A stretch of 64,000 bases of DNA from Octopus sinensis (taxonomy: Eukaryota): NCBI RefSeq assembly GCF_006345805.1, contig NC_043003.1:17422001-17486000 (forward strand). Direction: 5' to 3'. The notes beneath the pieces are model-generated. The model saw only the letters and a program-made list of their open reading frames with translations. It was not told where the DNA came from and ran no database searches. The translations under genes and the position numbers were made by a program. Below are positions 37,558 through 50,706 of this stretch, one piece after another. Position 1 is the first letter of the stretch. Every line of letters starts with the position of its first letter.

Positions 37558-38450
37558 GTAATCACCCCGTGGATTTATATGGATAGTACCATACAAAATT
37601 CTGGTGTCTTTGACTTAAGTATCATATTCATCTGAATCTAAATTTTGTTGAATATATATATATATATATATATTGTTGAAATGTACAGAAAAACAAAAAA
37701 ACGTGGACAGGTGTCTAAACAACAAGCAGGTGCATTAGTTTGATGCTTGGGAAAATGAGAAAGTCTTTTATGTTTTGAGCCTACGCTCTTCAACAGAAAG
37801 GAACATGAGGAAATAAACAGAGAGAGAATAAAAAGAACTTGTGGATTTAGTGGTCAATATGTATGTTGAGGTTGAGGGATTGTGGGTTCGAATCTCAGAC
37901 CGAGCGATGTGTGTGTTTATAAGCGAAACACCTAAGCTCCACGCAGCTCCCGCAGAAGGTAATGGTGAACTTCTGCTGGCTCTTTCGCCACTTTCTCTCA
38001 TTTTTCCTTCCTGCACCTTGCAGCTCACCTGCGACGGACTGGCGTCCCATCCAGGTGGGGAACCTATATGCCAAGGAAACTGGGAAACCAGCCCATATGA
38101 GCCAGGCATGGCTCAAGAAGGAACAAACAAAAATATGTATGTGTGTATATATTTATGTGTCTGTGTTTGTCCTCCCGCCATCACTTGACAACCAATGTTG
38201 GTGTGTTTACGTCCCTGTAACTTAGTGGTTCAGCAAAGAGACCGATAGAATAAATACTAGCCTTGCAAAAAATAAATCTACGGGTTGATTTGTTTGACTA
38301 AAAGTGGTGCTCCAGCATAGCCACAGTCAAATGACTGAAACAAATAAAAGAATAAAAGAATATATATATATATATATATATATATATCAAACAATGCTTC
38401 ATGAAAGCTATTCTACTCAAATATGTATGTATGCATGTGTTAATTTTGCT

Positions 38451-38668
38451 ATGTTATTATCAGTCCGAATATGCTTGATGCACGTTTGAATGGGGAATGA
38501 GCTACGCACTGCGTTTTGTCACAGAGAATGTATCTCGCTTGTTGACAAATACCTCACTTTTTAACAAATTGTGAACAGGCAAGATATATTCACTGTGACA
38601 AAATGCAATTATTAGCTTTTTCCCCAGTTGGAATGTGCATCAAGCATGTTCGGACTAAAAATAACATT
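38451..38668. mobile_element. Foldback MITE-like element with ~100-bp diverged arms
   Basis: AGTCCGAATATGCTTGATGCAC...TTTTGTCACAG is mirrored by CTGTGACAAAA...GTGCATCAAGCATGTTCGGACT. Confidence 0.75.
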
Positions 38669-38709
38669 AGAATTTCACTTAGCACTCCTTAGCACTCACC
38701 CTCCATAAA

Positions 38710-39331
38710 GCATGTATTAATGTATGCACGTATTAATGTATGCATGTATTAATGTATGCATGTATTAATGTATGCACGTATTAATATATGCATGTATTAA
38801 TGTATGCATGTATTAATGTATGCACGTATCAATGCATGCATGTATTAATGTCTGCATGTATTAATGTAGGCACATATTAATGTATGCACGTATTAATGTA
38901 TGCATGTATTAATGTATGCACGTATCAGTGCATGCATGTATTAATGTCTGCATGTATTAATGTATGCACACATTAATGTACGCACGTATTAGTGTATGCA
39001 TGTATTAATGTATGCACGTATTAATGTATGCATGTATTAATGAATGCATGTATTAATGTATGCATGTAATAATGTATGCATGTATTAATGTATGCCTGTA
39101 TTAATGTATGCAGGTATTAATGTATGCACATATTAATGTATGCACGTATCAATGCATGCATGTATTAATGTCTGTATGTATTAATGTAGGCACGTATTAA
39201 TGTATGCATGTATTAATGTATGCATGTATTAATGTATGCATGTATTAATGTATGCATTATTAATGTATGCATGTATTAATGTATGCATGTATTAATGTAT
39301 TAATGTATGCATGTATTAATGTATGCACGTA
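38710..39331. repeat. 16-bp minisatellite, ~39 units of GCATGTATTAATGTAT
   Basis: Head-to-tail units with recurring variants (GCACGTATT, GCACGTATCAATGCAT). Confidence 0.95.
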
Positions 39332-39980
39332 TGTATAGAGTGTCTATAGTGTACATATTCTATCTATATTAATAAACTTGAAATTCTGTCTGTCCGGCTG
39401 GGACTCCTGTATCTCAGTCTACATTTGTTCTACATAGACATATTATACCTTTTTGGAATCAGGATGATCCTGGGATTGAAAATCTGCCCTTCATTTGGTT
39501 CTTGAACATCCAGCATTGGGATCAGGCCTGGATTAGGATTTGTTATATGCTAACAGTTGAAAATTCAAATTTTAAAAGAACTCCAGAAATTTGTGAACTT
39601 ACAGGTTTTTCCCTTAAACTGAATTTAAAGTAATACCATATTGGTAGGGTACCAATAAATGCTTTCTTATTATCACTCTCTTTAGTTTTGGGCTGCAGGC
39701 TCAATTAGCCCTCTGCAGGAACTAGCTTAAATGTCTGCACAGTGTGGCTTCTAAGCTGGTATATTAATAAAAGAAGACAGCAGTGAAAACCTGAAGAAAT
39801 ACTGTTTATTATTTTACCATATTCTTTTAGTGCTTATACTTTTCCTGGAACTTTTCAAAAATTGTAAAGTGCTGTGTATGGGCTGTGGGGGTTCACTTTA
39901 TATGTGTGTGTGAGTGTGTAAAGAATTGACAGCTGCTTATGGAAAAATCTCAGGAATTCAAGTATTCTGAATAAATTTAT

Positions 39981-40165
<185 letters not shown>

Positions 40166-40234
40166 CACAGTCAAATGACTGAAACAAGTAAAGGATAAAA
40201 GATAGATAGATAGATAGATACATGCATACATACA

Positions 40235-40268
<34 letters not shown>

Positions 40269-40329
40269 GATGTATGTAAGTATGTATATATGTATTATGT
40301 GTGTGTGTGAGAAGGACCAAGAGAGCAAT

Positions 40330-40700
40330 GGTGAGAGCAATATGCGAAATTATTGGATAAAAAGAGGGCTGAGAACTTGATGGGGATGCTGGGGTTGGAG
40401 AAATCAGTGGAACACCTGTCAAGGGTGAATAGAGTGCGGTAGTATAAACATATGTTGAGGAAGGATGAGGATCATGTTCTGAGGAGAGTGCTTGAGTTTA
40501 AAGTGAATGGACAGCGAAAGCAAGGTCGACCAAAGAAAAGGTGGAAGGGAAAGGTGGACGAGGATATTGTGAGGATTGGCTTGTGGAGGGTGGACTCTCC
40601 AAACCGGACGAGATGGTGTCAGAGCGGTTACTGTAAGAGTGAGATAGGTCCAGCCAGCCACATTAATGTGGACAATCCTGGATTCAAAATATTGGACAAG
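40330..40700 (+). mobile_element. RTE-clade LINE 3' fragment
   Basis: HMLRKDEDHVLRRVLEFKVNGQRKQGRPKKRWKGKVDEDI...NRTRW is an RTE C-terminal signature. Confidence 0.8.
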
Positions 40701-41272
40701 AAGAAGATATACAAACACACACACATATATATATATACATATTCGTATGTATGTATGAATGTATGTATATATATGTATGTATGCATGTATATGTATACAC
40801 ACACACACACATGTATATACGTATTGATGGTCATTGTACTTTCTATTTGTTTAATATGTAATAAAAATCAGAATGAAATTGCAAGCCATTCATCTCCCAC
40901 GTCGTCGTCATCGTCGTCCTCCTCCTCCCCTTCCTCCCCCTCATCATCATCATCATTTTACATTCATTGTCCATACAAGCATGGGTTGGACGAATCCAAT
41001 CCTTTAGATTTGTTGGAGTGACCTCATCTCATTTAGATTTAATTAGTTAGCTGCTAACGAATTTTCCTGCAATATAAGGATGTTCTATCCTATTTATGCT
41101 ATTCAGCGTTATTATTATGCATTTGAGAATAAAATGTTTCTATATCTGTATATTTCAATACATCTCAACGCTCCATAAAAGCAAACTTTGTTTACATACA
41201 TCTTAATTTCACATATAGCCTCTATAAAAGCTATATTTATAAGTTTAAAAATTGCAGAAGAATTTGTTTGTT

Positions 41273-41348
41273 AGCAGTTTAGCTTAATGGTAGAGCACTG
41301 TGACCGGTAATCACAGGGATGTGAGTTCAAGTCTCATGGCTGGCTGCT
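41273..41348 (+). pseudogene. tRNA-Thr-like pseudogene or tRNA-derived repeat
   Basis: D arm GCTT/GAGC, anticodon stem CTGTGA/TCACAG with loop CCGGTAA (GGT), T arm GTGAG-TTCAAGT-CTCAT. The acceptor AGCAGTT/GGCTGCT has a 4-nt GGCT duplication, and U33 is missing. Confidence 0.6.
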
Positions 41349-42125
41349 AACAAATTTTTCTGCGACATAAAGATGTTTTATGTTAATCAACATTATTATT
41401 ATGTTTTTGAGAGTAAAATATTTCCATATTTGTATATTTCAATACATCTCAACGCTTCTAAAGAGCAAACTTTGTTTGTTTACAAACATCGTAATTTCCA
41501 TACAAAGACAACAACTTGGTAATTTATTATATTGTATGTTGATTACATGATGACATCTGCTCTCTCTACTTAACGATTTGATAACAGTATACCTCTTCCA
41601 TCAAAATTATGTCTTCATTGAGAATGACAGTATATAGGGATATTATATCCATGGGGAATAAGAGTGTGGGTGTCCAGGAAACACAGGAGAGAAATTGAGA
41701 AAGTTTAAAAGCATGAGTAGTGTTCTAGATACGTTGTTAAATCTTCAAGTTATTTGTTTTGACACTATAAATGACATACATGTCTTTCCTCCTGGGACTC
41801 AAGTAATTTCAAACCGGGATTGAAATCAGGTCAGACCAGACTGTATTAGAGCATGTAATTGTTTTTCCTTTTTATGTTAACCACACTGTAAAAGTACAGA
41901 TGGAACAAGAAAAACAAAAAAACTTTTCTTTTTGGAGAATCTCTTACCCTCATTCTAATATCTGTTTTCGCCATCAAGAAAATATATATTGAATACATCT
42001 GTAATTTCAGACATTTGAAGGTGTTTCCAAAAGTAGATGTTCTAAAAAAAAAAGTAGGATATTTTTTTTCTACTGTAAACCACTCCTTCATTCAGAAAGT
42101 TGTGTTGCAGTCATTACTATGATAG

Positions 42126-42171
<46 letters not shown>

Positions 42172-42439
42172 GATGACGATGGGGATGGTGATGATGATGA
42201 TGATGATTAGCATCATCATCATCATCTGTATCACGACCATCATACAAGTCATAAAAGAGTCTACTTAAAAAGCTTCTATTTCAAAAATAGAGTCTCAAGG
42301 ATATGATATCTTGCATGATTAATTAAAAATAATGTGAAAAAGGGAGTATTAGATTGGAAAGAATTAAACATTTTTCTCTATTTTTTTGTGTGTTCTCCTA
42401 AAACATTGTCACCTTTACAACTTTTGTGTTAATCATATC

Positions 42440-42990
42440 CAATTCAGATTTTCAAATTCATTGCTAAAATTTCCAAGAAGACTGAGGGTGTCTTGGCATC
42501 ACTTACCAAGTCCTTTGTGAGCCGCTCTCCGGATATTTATCTGAGGCTTTATATAGTTATGGTGCAGCCTCACCTGGAATTTGCATCACCGGTCTGGAAC
42601 CCCTATCTTTCCCAGGATATTAATCGTCTGGAAACCGTTTAGTGATGTGCAACCAAGAGAATACCCTCCATCAGGCATTTGCCATATTCTGAACACCTTA
42701 CTTCCCTGGGCATGGATACATTGAAACTCCGACATCTGGCAGGTGACTTGGCAGACACCCATAAAATTATTAACCGTCTTACTAACAATAACTCTGAGCA
42801 CCTTTTCAAACTCCACCTGTCTAACACCCGTGGACATGTTTACAAAGTCAGAAATCAGCACAGCTTCCATGACTTTCGGAAACATTTTTCATGCTTAGAG
42901 TTGCTGAAGTATGGAACAAACTGCCGGCATCACTTGTTAGTTGTCGGAGCACTGCATCCTTCAAAACTTCCATGCTTCCTGATTTTCTCC
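42440..42990 (+). mobile_element. CR1/L2-group LINE 3' fragment
   Basis: VQPHLEFASPVWNPY...LPYSEHL..LGMDTLKLR..GDL...NTRGH...RVAEVWNKLP is a CR1-type C-terminus, frameshifted. Confidence 0.8.
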
Positions 42991-45900
42991 TCTCCATGTA
43001 TCTGGCTGATACACTGTTCACTTTCCAGACATTTGTACATTACTGCATATGCTTTATATGCACTTTTGACAAGTTGTGGTGCGCCTGAGCTCTATACACA
43101 ATAATTTCATTATTATTATTATTTTTATATCTACTTAGGTATTTCGCCTTATAAACTTTATAGGCTTCACTCATCCCTAAATTTGATGAGAAGAATATTG
43201 TGTTTATTCCTCTGTCATAGTCTAGCCTCTCAACACCTGGCACCACTACAACAACCCCACTCAGTTGAGGGGTTTGTTTTGTGAGTTACTTGGTGCCCTC
43301 CCTAGTGTCAGTGCCACAAAAACGAAGATAACATATCCAGTATATTCTGTAAAGTGGTGGGCATTAGGAAGGGCATCCAGCTGTCACAAACATGTCATGG
43401 TAGACATTAGAGCTCAATGCACTCCTCTGGTTTGTTGAATCTTGTTGAATCATCCAACTCCTGTCAGCATGGCAGACAGACTTAAACTGAGGATGAGGAT
43501 GATGAGAATACCAATAGTTATCACCAAGCTAATATGGCAGTCCATAAATATATATTAGCTTGGTGATAACTATTAATATCCAGAACCACTTAGAAATAAT
43601 AATATTTCTATTGATGATGAAAATGTTTTAAATTAAATCCTTGGAATATATACCAGATCTTTTTAATGCAACCACACACAAAAAAGAAAGAAAGAAAGAA
43701 AGAAAAAGAGAAAATACTGTAAACCAAAGACTATATAGCAAAACATAAAATTATTTACTTTCCTATAAGAATAAATAATTAATTTTACTCTCAAATAATT
43801 TTTAGACTAAAACCTTTAGGCAGATCATGTAGTTCTTTCAACCAAAGATTTAAGGTTTCATCTGACTCGAGTCGCCTCCAGTTTTGGTGGAACTGGGACC
43901 ACACATACTCTCGAGTAAAATTGTATAAAAATAAACAGGAAAACTAATTGCTCGTTAAAAGTTTTAACTGAAGTTTTACTGATAAATTTACTGTAAAATT
44001 TAAGTTTCTGAAGTATCTGATAATACAAGTGCTAAATGTTCAAATCTGTTTATTCTGAAGTCTGTTGTTTCCTTGTAAATGGTGCCAATTTTTTTTATTT
44101 TTTGTTCAAGCATTCCTGATGCTTTTGTTAATATGAGAAGAAATAATTTAGGGTAAACATTGGAACACAGAAATTGTTTGGGCAAAGCTCACATTCCATT
44201 GCATTTAGCAAACAACAGATGTTGCTGCATAGTTTATGGAAGACTATACTGAGATACAATCTTTATGGAAGGCTATACTAAGATATAATCTTTAATTTTA
44301 AAAGTATATCAACTTTATAACAAGTTTATTTAATTTTGACTTCTAATCACATGGCCTTGTAGTTAGAATGCTGCACTGATGGTTATAATTTTGAGGGTTC
44401 AGTTACTTGACCAGGTGATATGTTATACCTATTTCTTTACTGCCCACAAGGGGCTACACATAGAGGGGACAAACAAGGACAGACAAATGGATTAAGTTGA
44501 TTATATTGACCCCAGTGTGTAACTGGTACTTATTTAATCGACCCCGAAAGGATGAACGGCAAAGTCGACCTTGGCGGAATTTGAACTCAGAACGTTGTGG
44601 CAGACGAAATACCACTAACCATTTCGCCCGGCATGCTAACGTTTCTGCCAGCTCGCCGCCTTATGATGCGTTATACCATTGAGCAAGGTATTACATAATG
44701 CATTGCTCCTGTCTACTTAGCTAAAAATATGTACCACTCTCGGGTTAGAATAGTACCTTTTCTCCCCAATTATCACATCCTTAATATTCTGCTGGGTCAG
44801 TTGTTGTGAGATAATAATAAATAAATGCGCCCTTTTAAAGCCTAGCCAGGCTCATGGGCCCAGTTTCCTGGTCCATCGCAGTGTTACTCATTTTTGCCAG
44901 CTGAGTGGACTGGAGCAACATGAAATGAAGTGTTTTGCTCAAGAACACGTGTCGTCCGGTCCAGGAATCAAAACCACAATCTTACAATCATGGTGCTGAC
45001 TCCCTAACCACTAAGCCATGCACCTCCACCAGTTGGTGTGAGAGCTGACTATATTTGGTCACAACTATGTAGTCACCAGTTAGTGAAAACATGGTACATG
45101 CTACCAGGTCATAAAGGCTTGTGAGTGGCAGATCGGGTATGAGGAACATGTGTTCTTGCAGCGTGTCACTGATTTCACCATTTGTTGGTATCTACTCTGG
45201 TCATCCCAAGCAACCCTCCATACAAGTAAACATTGATTTCAAATTTTGACACAAGGCCAGCAGTTTTGGGGAGAGGGTAAGTTGATTACATTGACCCCAG
45301 TGTTCAACTGATACTTATTTTATCAATCTCAAAAAGATGAAAGCAAAGTCGACCCTGGCAGAATTTACACTCAGAATAACAAGACAGATGAAATGCCGCC
45401 AAGAATTTTGCATATCAGGGTAATGACTCTACCAGCTTGCCATCTTCTGCTAATTAAATATTGGTTTGAAATTTTGGCAAAGTACCAGTAATTTTGGGGG
45501 ATGGTTAAGTCAACTGAATCAACCTCAGCACTCAATAAGTACTTATTTTATCAACTCTGAAAGGATGAAAGGCAAAGTCAACCATGGCAGCATTTGAACT
45601 TAGAAAGTAAAAATGGATAAAATGCTACTAAGCATTTTGCCGGGCATGCTAACGATTCCACTAGCTCACCATTTTCTGCTAATTAAATATCAACCCTTTC
45701 GTTACCAACCCGGCTGAAACCAGCTCTATTTCTGAGTGCAAATGTTTTTTGTTTTCATAAGTTTTGAATTCAAATCTTCCACCAAACCTTAGTCACAATT
45801 TATGTTCCTAACACCAGCTTAATGATAACAAAGTTATTTTACTAAATTCTTTGTTATATTTAAAATTAATTGAAAGAAACACAGAATATTTCAACAGAAA

Positions 45901-47073
45901 TATGGTAACAAAAGGGTTACAATATATAATAGAGAAACAATTCTTAACCTTTTCATTACCAACCTGGCAGAAACTGGCTCTGGCAATGAGTACAAATGTC
46001 TTGTTTTCATAAGTTTTGAATTAAAATTTTCCACCAAACCTTACTTACAATTTATGTTTCTAACACTAGTTGAATGATGACTAAGTTATTTTACTAAATT
46101 CTTTGTTATATTTAAAATAATTGAAAGAAACACGGAGCATCTCAAAATAAATACAGTAACGAAAGGGTTAAAGAACCTTAACATAACACTATTCAAAATT
46201 GCATTTCCCAACATTTCATGCATTACCACTTTTCACTTCTTCCTCTCTAACCAACTCCTGCTTACCTTATATAACCCCAGACTGAGATTCACCATTGTTC
46301 ACGGCTCCATCAATGTTCAACATTCACTGAATTCGCTTCTATTCTCATCTCTACCATTTGCCATCCTCCTTTCACACTTGTGAACTTACCTACCTGCCGA
46401 AACGTTCTCAATCCTCAGTTCCTATTCTCTCTTTATCCACCATTTTGTACATTGAGGATATGACCCAACATCTCTTTCTGCTTTTCCTATTGGGGTTGGT
46501 AAGAATCTCATCTACAGCAAGACACCTGCTCTTGTTCCTCTATGATACTTCAGCCTTTATATAATTTTACTGCTCACAAGGGGCTAAACATAGAGGGACA
46601 AACAAGGACAGACAAAGGGATTAAGTCGATTACATCGACTCCAGTGTGTAACTGGTACTTTATTTATGGAACCTGAAAGGATGAAAAGCAAAGTCGACCG
46701 CGGCAGAATTTGAACTCAGAATGTAACAACAGACGAAATACCGCTAAGCATTTTGCCCGGCACGCTAACGTTTCTGCCAGCTCACCATGATACTTCAGCC
46801 TTTGAACACCAGGTATAAAACCCACCTCTCTCAATACTTCACATCTACCCTATCGAGGGTCTTGTTTTTCAAGTTATTTACTGATTTCAATGGTGCTAGT
46901 ACCACAGAAAAAAAATAGCACCTAGTACATTCTGTAAAGTGATTGACATTAGCGAGGGGGCATTCAACCGTAGAAACCTTGCCAAAGAGGGCAAAGGGGC
47001 CTAATGTAGCCCTCTGGCTTGTCAGATCCTGTTGAACTGTCAAATACATGCGAGCACAGGATACAAACGTTAA

Positions 47074-47502
47074 ATGATGATGATGATGATGATGATGATG
47101 ACGATGACGACGACGATGACGACGACGATGATGACGACGACGATGACGACGACGACGATGACGACAATGAAGAGAAGGAGGAAGAAGAGGAGGATGAGAA
47201 TGATGATGAGTATGATGATAAGGAGGAGGATGAAGAGGACGATGATGATAAGGAGGAGGAGGAGGAGGAGAAGAATGATGAATGTGACAATGACAATGGT
47301 GACAGCGATAACGATGATGATGATGATGATGATGATGAAGAGAAGGAGGAAGAGGAGGAGGAGACTGATGATGAGTATGATGATGAGTATGATGATAAGG
47401 AGAAGGAGGATGAATATGACAATGATGATGGTGACAGCGACAACGATGATGATGATGATGATGGTGATGACAACAACAACAACAACAATGATGATGATGA
47501 CG
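47074..47502 (+). repeat. Expanded compound (GAT/GAC/GAG)n tract, tail of a family F element
   Basis: Starts right after CGTTAAAT. Contains a ~170-bp higher-order duplication. Confidence 0.9.
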
Positions 47503-48688
47503 GATGTCAGCTATATAATCTTGCAATCAGTAAATCAAGCAACTTCAAACCTCATTCATTATTCATTTATTTAATGAAAAGATATTTGTAGGCTGCCATT
47601 TCAACCCCACAGCTCCCCTTTTACTAACCCTAAACAGAGAGAGAGAAATTTTGTAATCCTGTCAGGAACAGCCACTTCTTTATAGTGACTGTTGAATTCA
47701 TTGTGAAAGCTCAAGTGTGCTTTGCATACTTTGAAATTCTGTTTCCTCAGAACGGTGGGTTTTCAATGAGTTTGCTCTAAAATATATTTTGCCTAACTTG
47801 AAACAGTTTCAGAAATAAACTAGTCATTATAATGATCGTTCATATAGTTTGAAAGAGTTATTTAATTAATTGGAGATATTAAATAACAAAAATGTTTTAA
47901 AGAAGAAAGTATTATTGTGTATAATCTTAGAAAAGTAATCAGTGAGGAATTAATAAGGAAAATACCAGGCACAGGCATGGCTGTGTGGTTGTGTAATTGT
48001 GAAGTTAAGAAGCCTGCTATCTGTGTTCAGTCCTACTGCACAGCACCTTGGAAAAATGTTTACTACTATAATGCTGAACCAACGAAACTCTTGTGAACAG
48101 ATTATAGGTGTAGGAGTGGCTGTGTGGTAAGTAGCTTGCTAACGAACCACATGGTTCCGGGTTCAGTCCCACTGCATGGCACCTTGGCCAAATGTCTTCT
48201 ACTATAGCCTTGGGCCGACCAAAGCCTTGTGAGTGGATTTGGTAGACAGAAACTGAAAGAAACCCGCCATATATATATATATGTGTGTGTGTGTGTATAT
48301 GTTTGTGTGTCTGTGTTTATCCCCCCACCATCGTTTGACAACTGATGCTGGTGTGTTTGCATCCCCGTAACTTAGCAGTTTGGCAAAAGAGACTGATAGA
48401 ATAAGTACTAAGTTACAAAGAATAAGTCCTGGGGTCGATTTGGTCGACAAAAGTCAGTGCTCCAGCATGGCCACAGTCAAATGACTGAAACAAGTAAAAG
48501 AGTAAAAGAGTAAAGAGAGATTTTACTGGTGAAAACTAAAAGATTCTTTGTCTGCTTAATGTTGTCAGTCAGTTATTGCTATTGAAAAGCCTTCATCCCA
48601 AAGTAACCACCATAAGTGGTTTCCACAATATTAAAAATAAATTATGTAAAAAATCTATATCATTAAGTCAAATACATTTAGTAACAAA

Positions 48689-48910
48689 ATACAGTAATCC
48701 CTCACCTATCATGGTTCACTCAGTTCAAGCACTCAGTACTTTGAGGTTCACCTATCACACACTCAGTACATCGCAGATTTTTCTGGCTAATGTATGAGAA
48801 TTTATATGATGGACTATTCAGTATATCGTGGGTTTTTGCAGTTGATAGGTATTTATGTTTTTAGATTTTAATTAATTCTGCGGGAGGTTTTGGAATGCAA
48901 AACCTGTGAT
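48689..48910 (+). mobile_element. pogo/Tigger-like DNA transposon remnant
   Basis: TA|CAGTAATCCCTCACCTATC resembles Tigger-type TIR starts. The other end was not resolved. Confidence 0.35.
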
Positions 48911-48929
48911 CCCCTTAGGCCTCCATCAG

Positions 48930-49305
48930 TGATGGTTGACCATGGATGATGTCATCCGTCCCTTGAGTTGTCTATTCAGTTTTTGCAACGCCTCCTGTGG
49001 CTGTAGAAACTGATGTGAGAGTGGCAGTCTCATTTGCTGAGGTCACACCTTTACGTTGAATCCGGTCTGTAAGCTGTCATTTCTTTTCTACGAACTCGGT
49101 TTTCAGCTGCCGCTACCCTCTAATTCTCTTCGTCGGTCTGCAGTTGTCTGTGAAGAGTGCCTCTCTAGATAGTTCGGTTGGCTGCGAGATCTTCCCAGGA
49201 ATTGGTGTTGATGCCAAGTGCCTTCATATCCCTCCTGCACACATCCCTGTACCTCAGCTTCAGGCAACCAATGTTTCTCCACCCTGCGACAAGCTCTCCA
49301 ATAGT
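48930..49305 (-). mobile_element. RTE/BovB-like LINE 3' fragment
   Basis: Minus strand GELVAGWRNIGCLKLRYRDVCRRDMKALGINTNSWEDLAANR, with stops. Confidence 0.7.
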
Positions 49306-50134
49306 CAAGGGATTACTGTAAAAGTATATCGCTGAACAGGTTAAGTTGGTTTCATTGCATGTGTTTCATATATATAAGGAATGACTTGTAGGATTTTTTC
49401 CCGGTGGAATAGAATAACAATTGATAGATAAAAAAATGTACACATGTTTTATCAAATCCCTCAATAATACTTATATTCTGACATTCCCTAAAATATGTTC
49501 TTCTTGATCACCACTTCTTATTTCTTTACTGCCCACAAAGGGCTACACAGAGGGGACAAACAAGGACAGACAAATGGATTAAGTCGATTACATCAACCCC
49601 CAGTGCGTAACTGGTACTTAATTTATCGACCCCAAAAGGATGAAAGGCAATGTCAACCTTGGCAGAATTTGAACTCAGAACGTAACGGCAGATGAAATAC
49701 TGCTAAGTATTTCGCCCGGCACGCTAATGTTTCTGCCAATCACTTCTTTATCACCACTTCTGCAAAAAAATTTGTTATCAAAATTGTGTAGTATATTTTG
49801 AAGTGGTTCTGTTAATATAAAATATAAAACTAGAGATTAAAACTGTATGCTTCAGTTGTAAAAAGATAAAAATGAAATTAATTTGTATCTTTCAAACACG
49901 AAACTATTTTCAGTTAAATTTTCACCCCAATTTGACACAAAGTAGTGAGCTTAATTACAAGTTAGTAAACATTACCAGAAAAAATATTCAGTTTCCTTCC
50001 CCCACTAGTTACTGGAAAGAAAGGTACTTAAATTGTCTGTCTACCCTTACAAAATGAAGCTATACAAACAGTCAAGACAAATGGTGAAATGTAATTAAAA
50101 ATATGAGATAGCTGGTGGAGAAAAATATATGCTA

Positions 50135-50706
50135 CAAAGGTGAGTCAAAAAGTAAGGCCATTTTGTTTAGGACAGGTATAATTACCAACACAGGAACATG
50201 TATCTTACATCAAAATGAAGCTGGTCCTCTGTGGATCACATTCCTACTTCTCAACATAATCACCATTTCTCTCAATAGCAATGTTCCACCTTTGAATGAG
50301 AGCATGTATCCCTGCCCTGTAAAATTTTGTTGACTGTTCTTTGAGCCACTTCTTCACTACAATTTTTACTTCCTTGTCACTGGAATAATGCTTGCCTCTC
50401 AAACCCTCTTTCATGGGGCTGGCCGAAGAGATGATAGTCTGAAAGTGCTAAATTATTCCAGTGACGAGGAAGTGAAAACTGTAGTGAAGAAGTGGTTCAA
50501 AGAAGCTTCGACAGAATATTACAGGGCAGGGATACATGCTCTCATTCGAAGGTGGAACATTGCTATTGAGAGAAATGGTGACTATGTTCAGAAGTAGGGA
50601 TGTGATTCACAGAGAACCAGCTTCATTTTGATGTATGATACATGTTCCTGTGTTGGTAATTATACCTGCCCTAAACAAAATGACATTACTTTTTGACTCA
50701 GCCTCA
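50135..50706 (+). mobile_element. Internally deleted mariner element
   Basis: ~115-bp TIRs flanked by TA. The internal ORF piece SDEEVKTVVKKWF...GIHALIRRWNIAIERNGDYVQK matches the mariner transposase C-terminus. Confidence 0.88.

Noticed and set aside
38710-39331. Regular short repeats resembling a CRISPR array
   Set aside because: The units are contiguous with no unique spacers, there are no cas genes, and the context is eukaryotic.
41273-41348. Calling the cloverleaf a functional tRNA gene or a bacterial contaminant because of the GGT anticodon
   Set aside because: It lacks U33, has an extra anticodon-stem pair and an acceptor-side duplication, and the flanks are host-type repeats.
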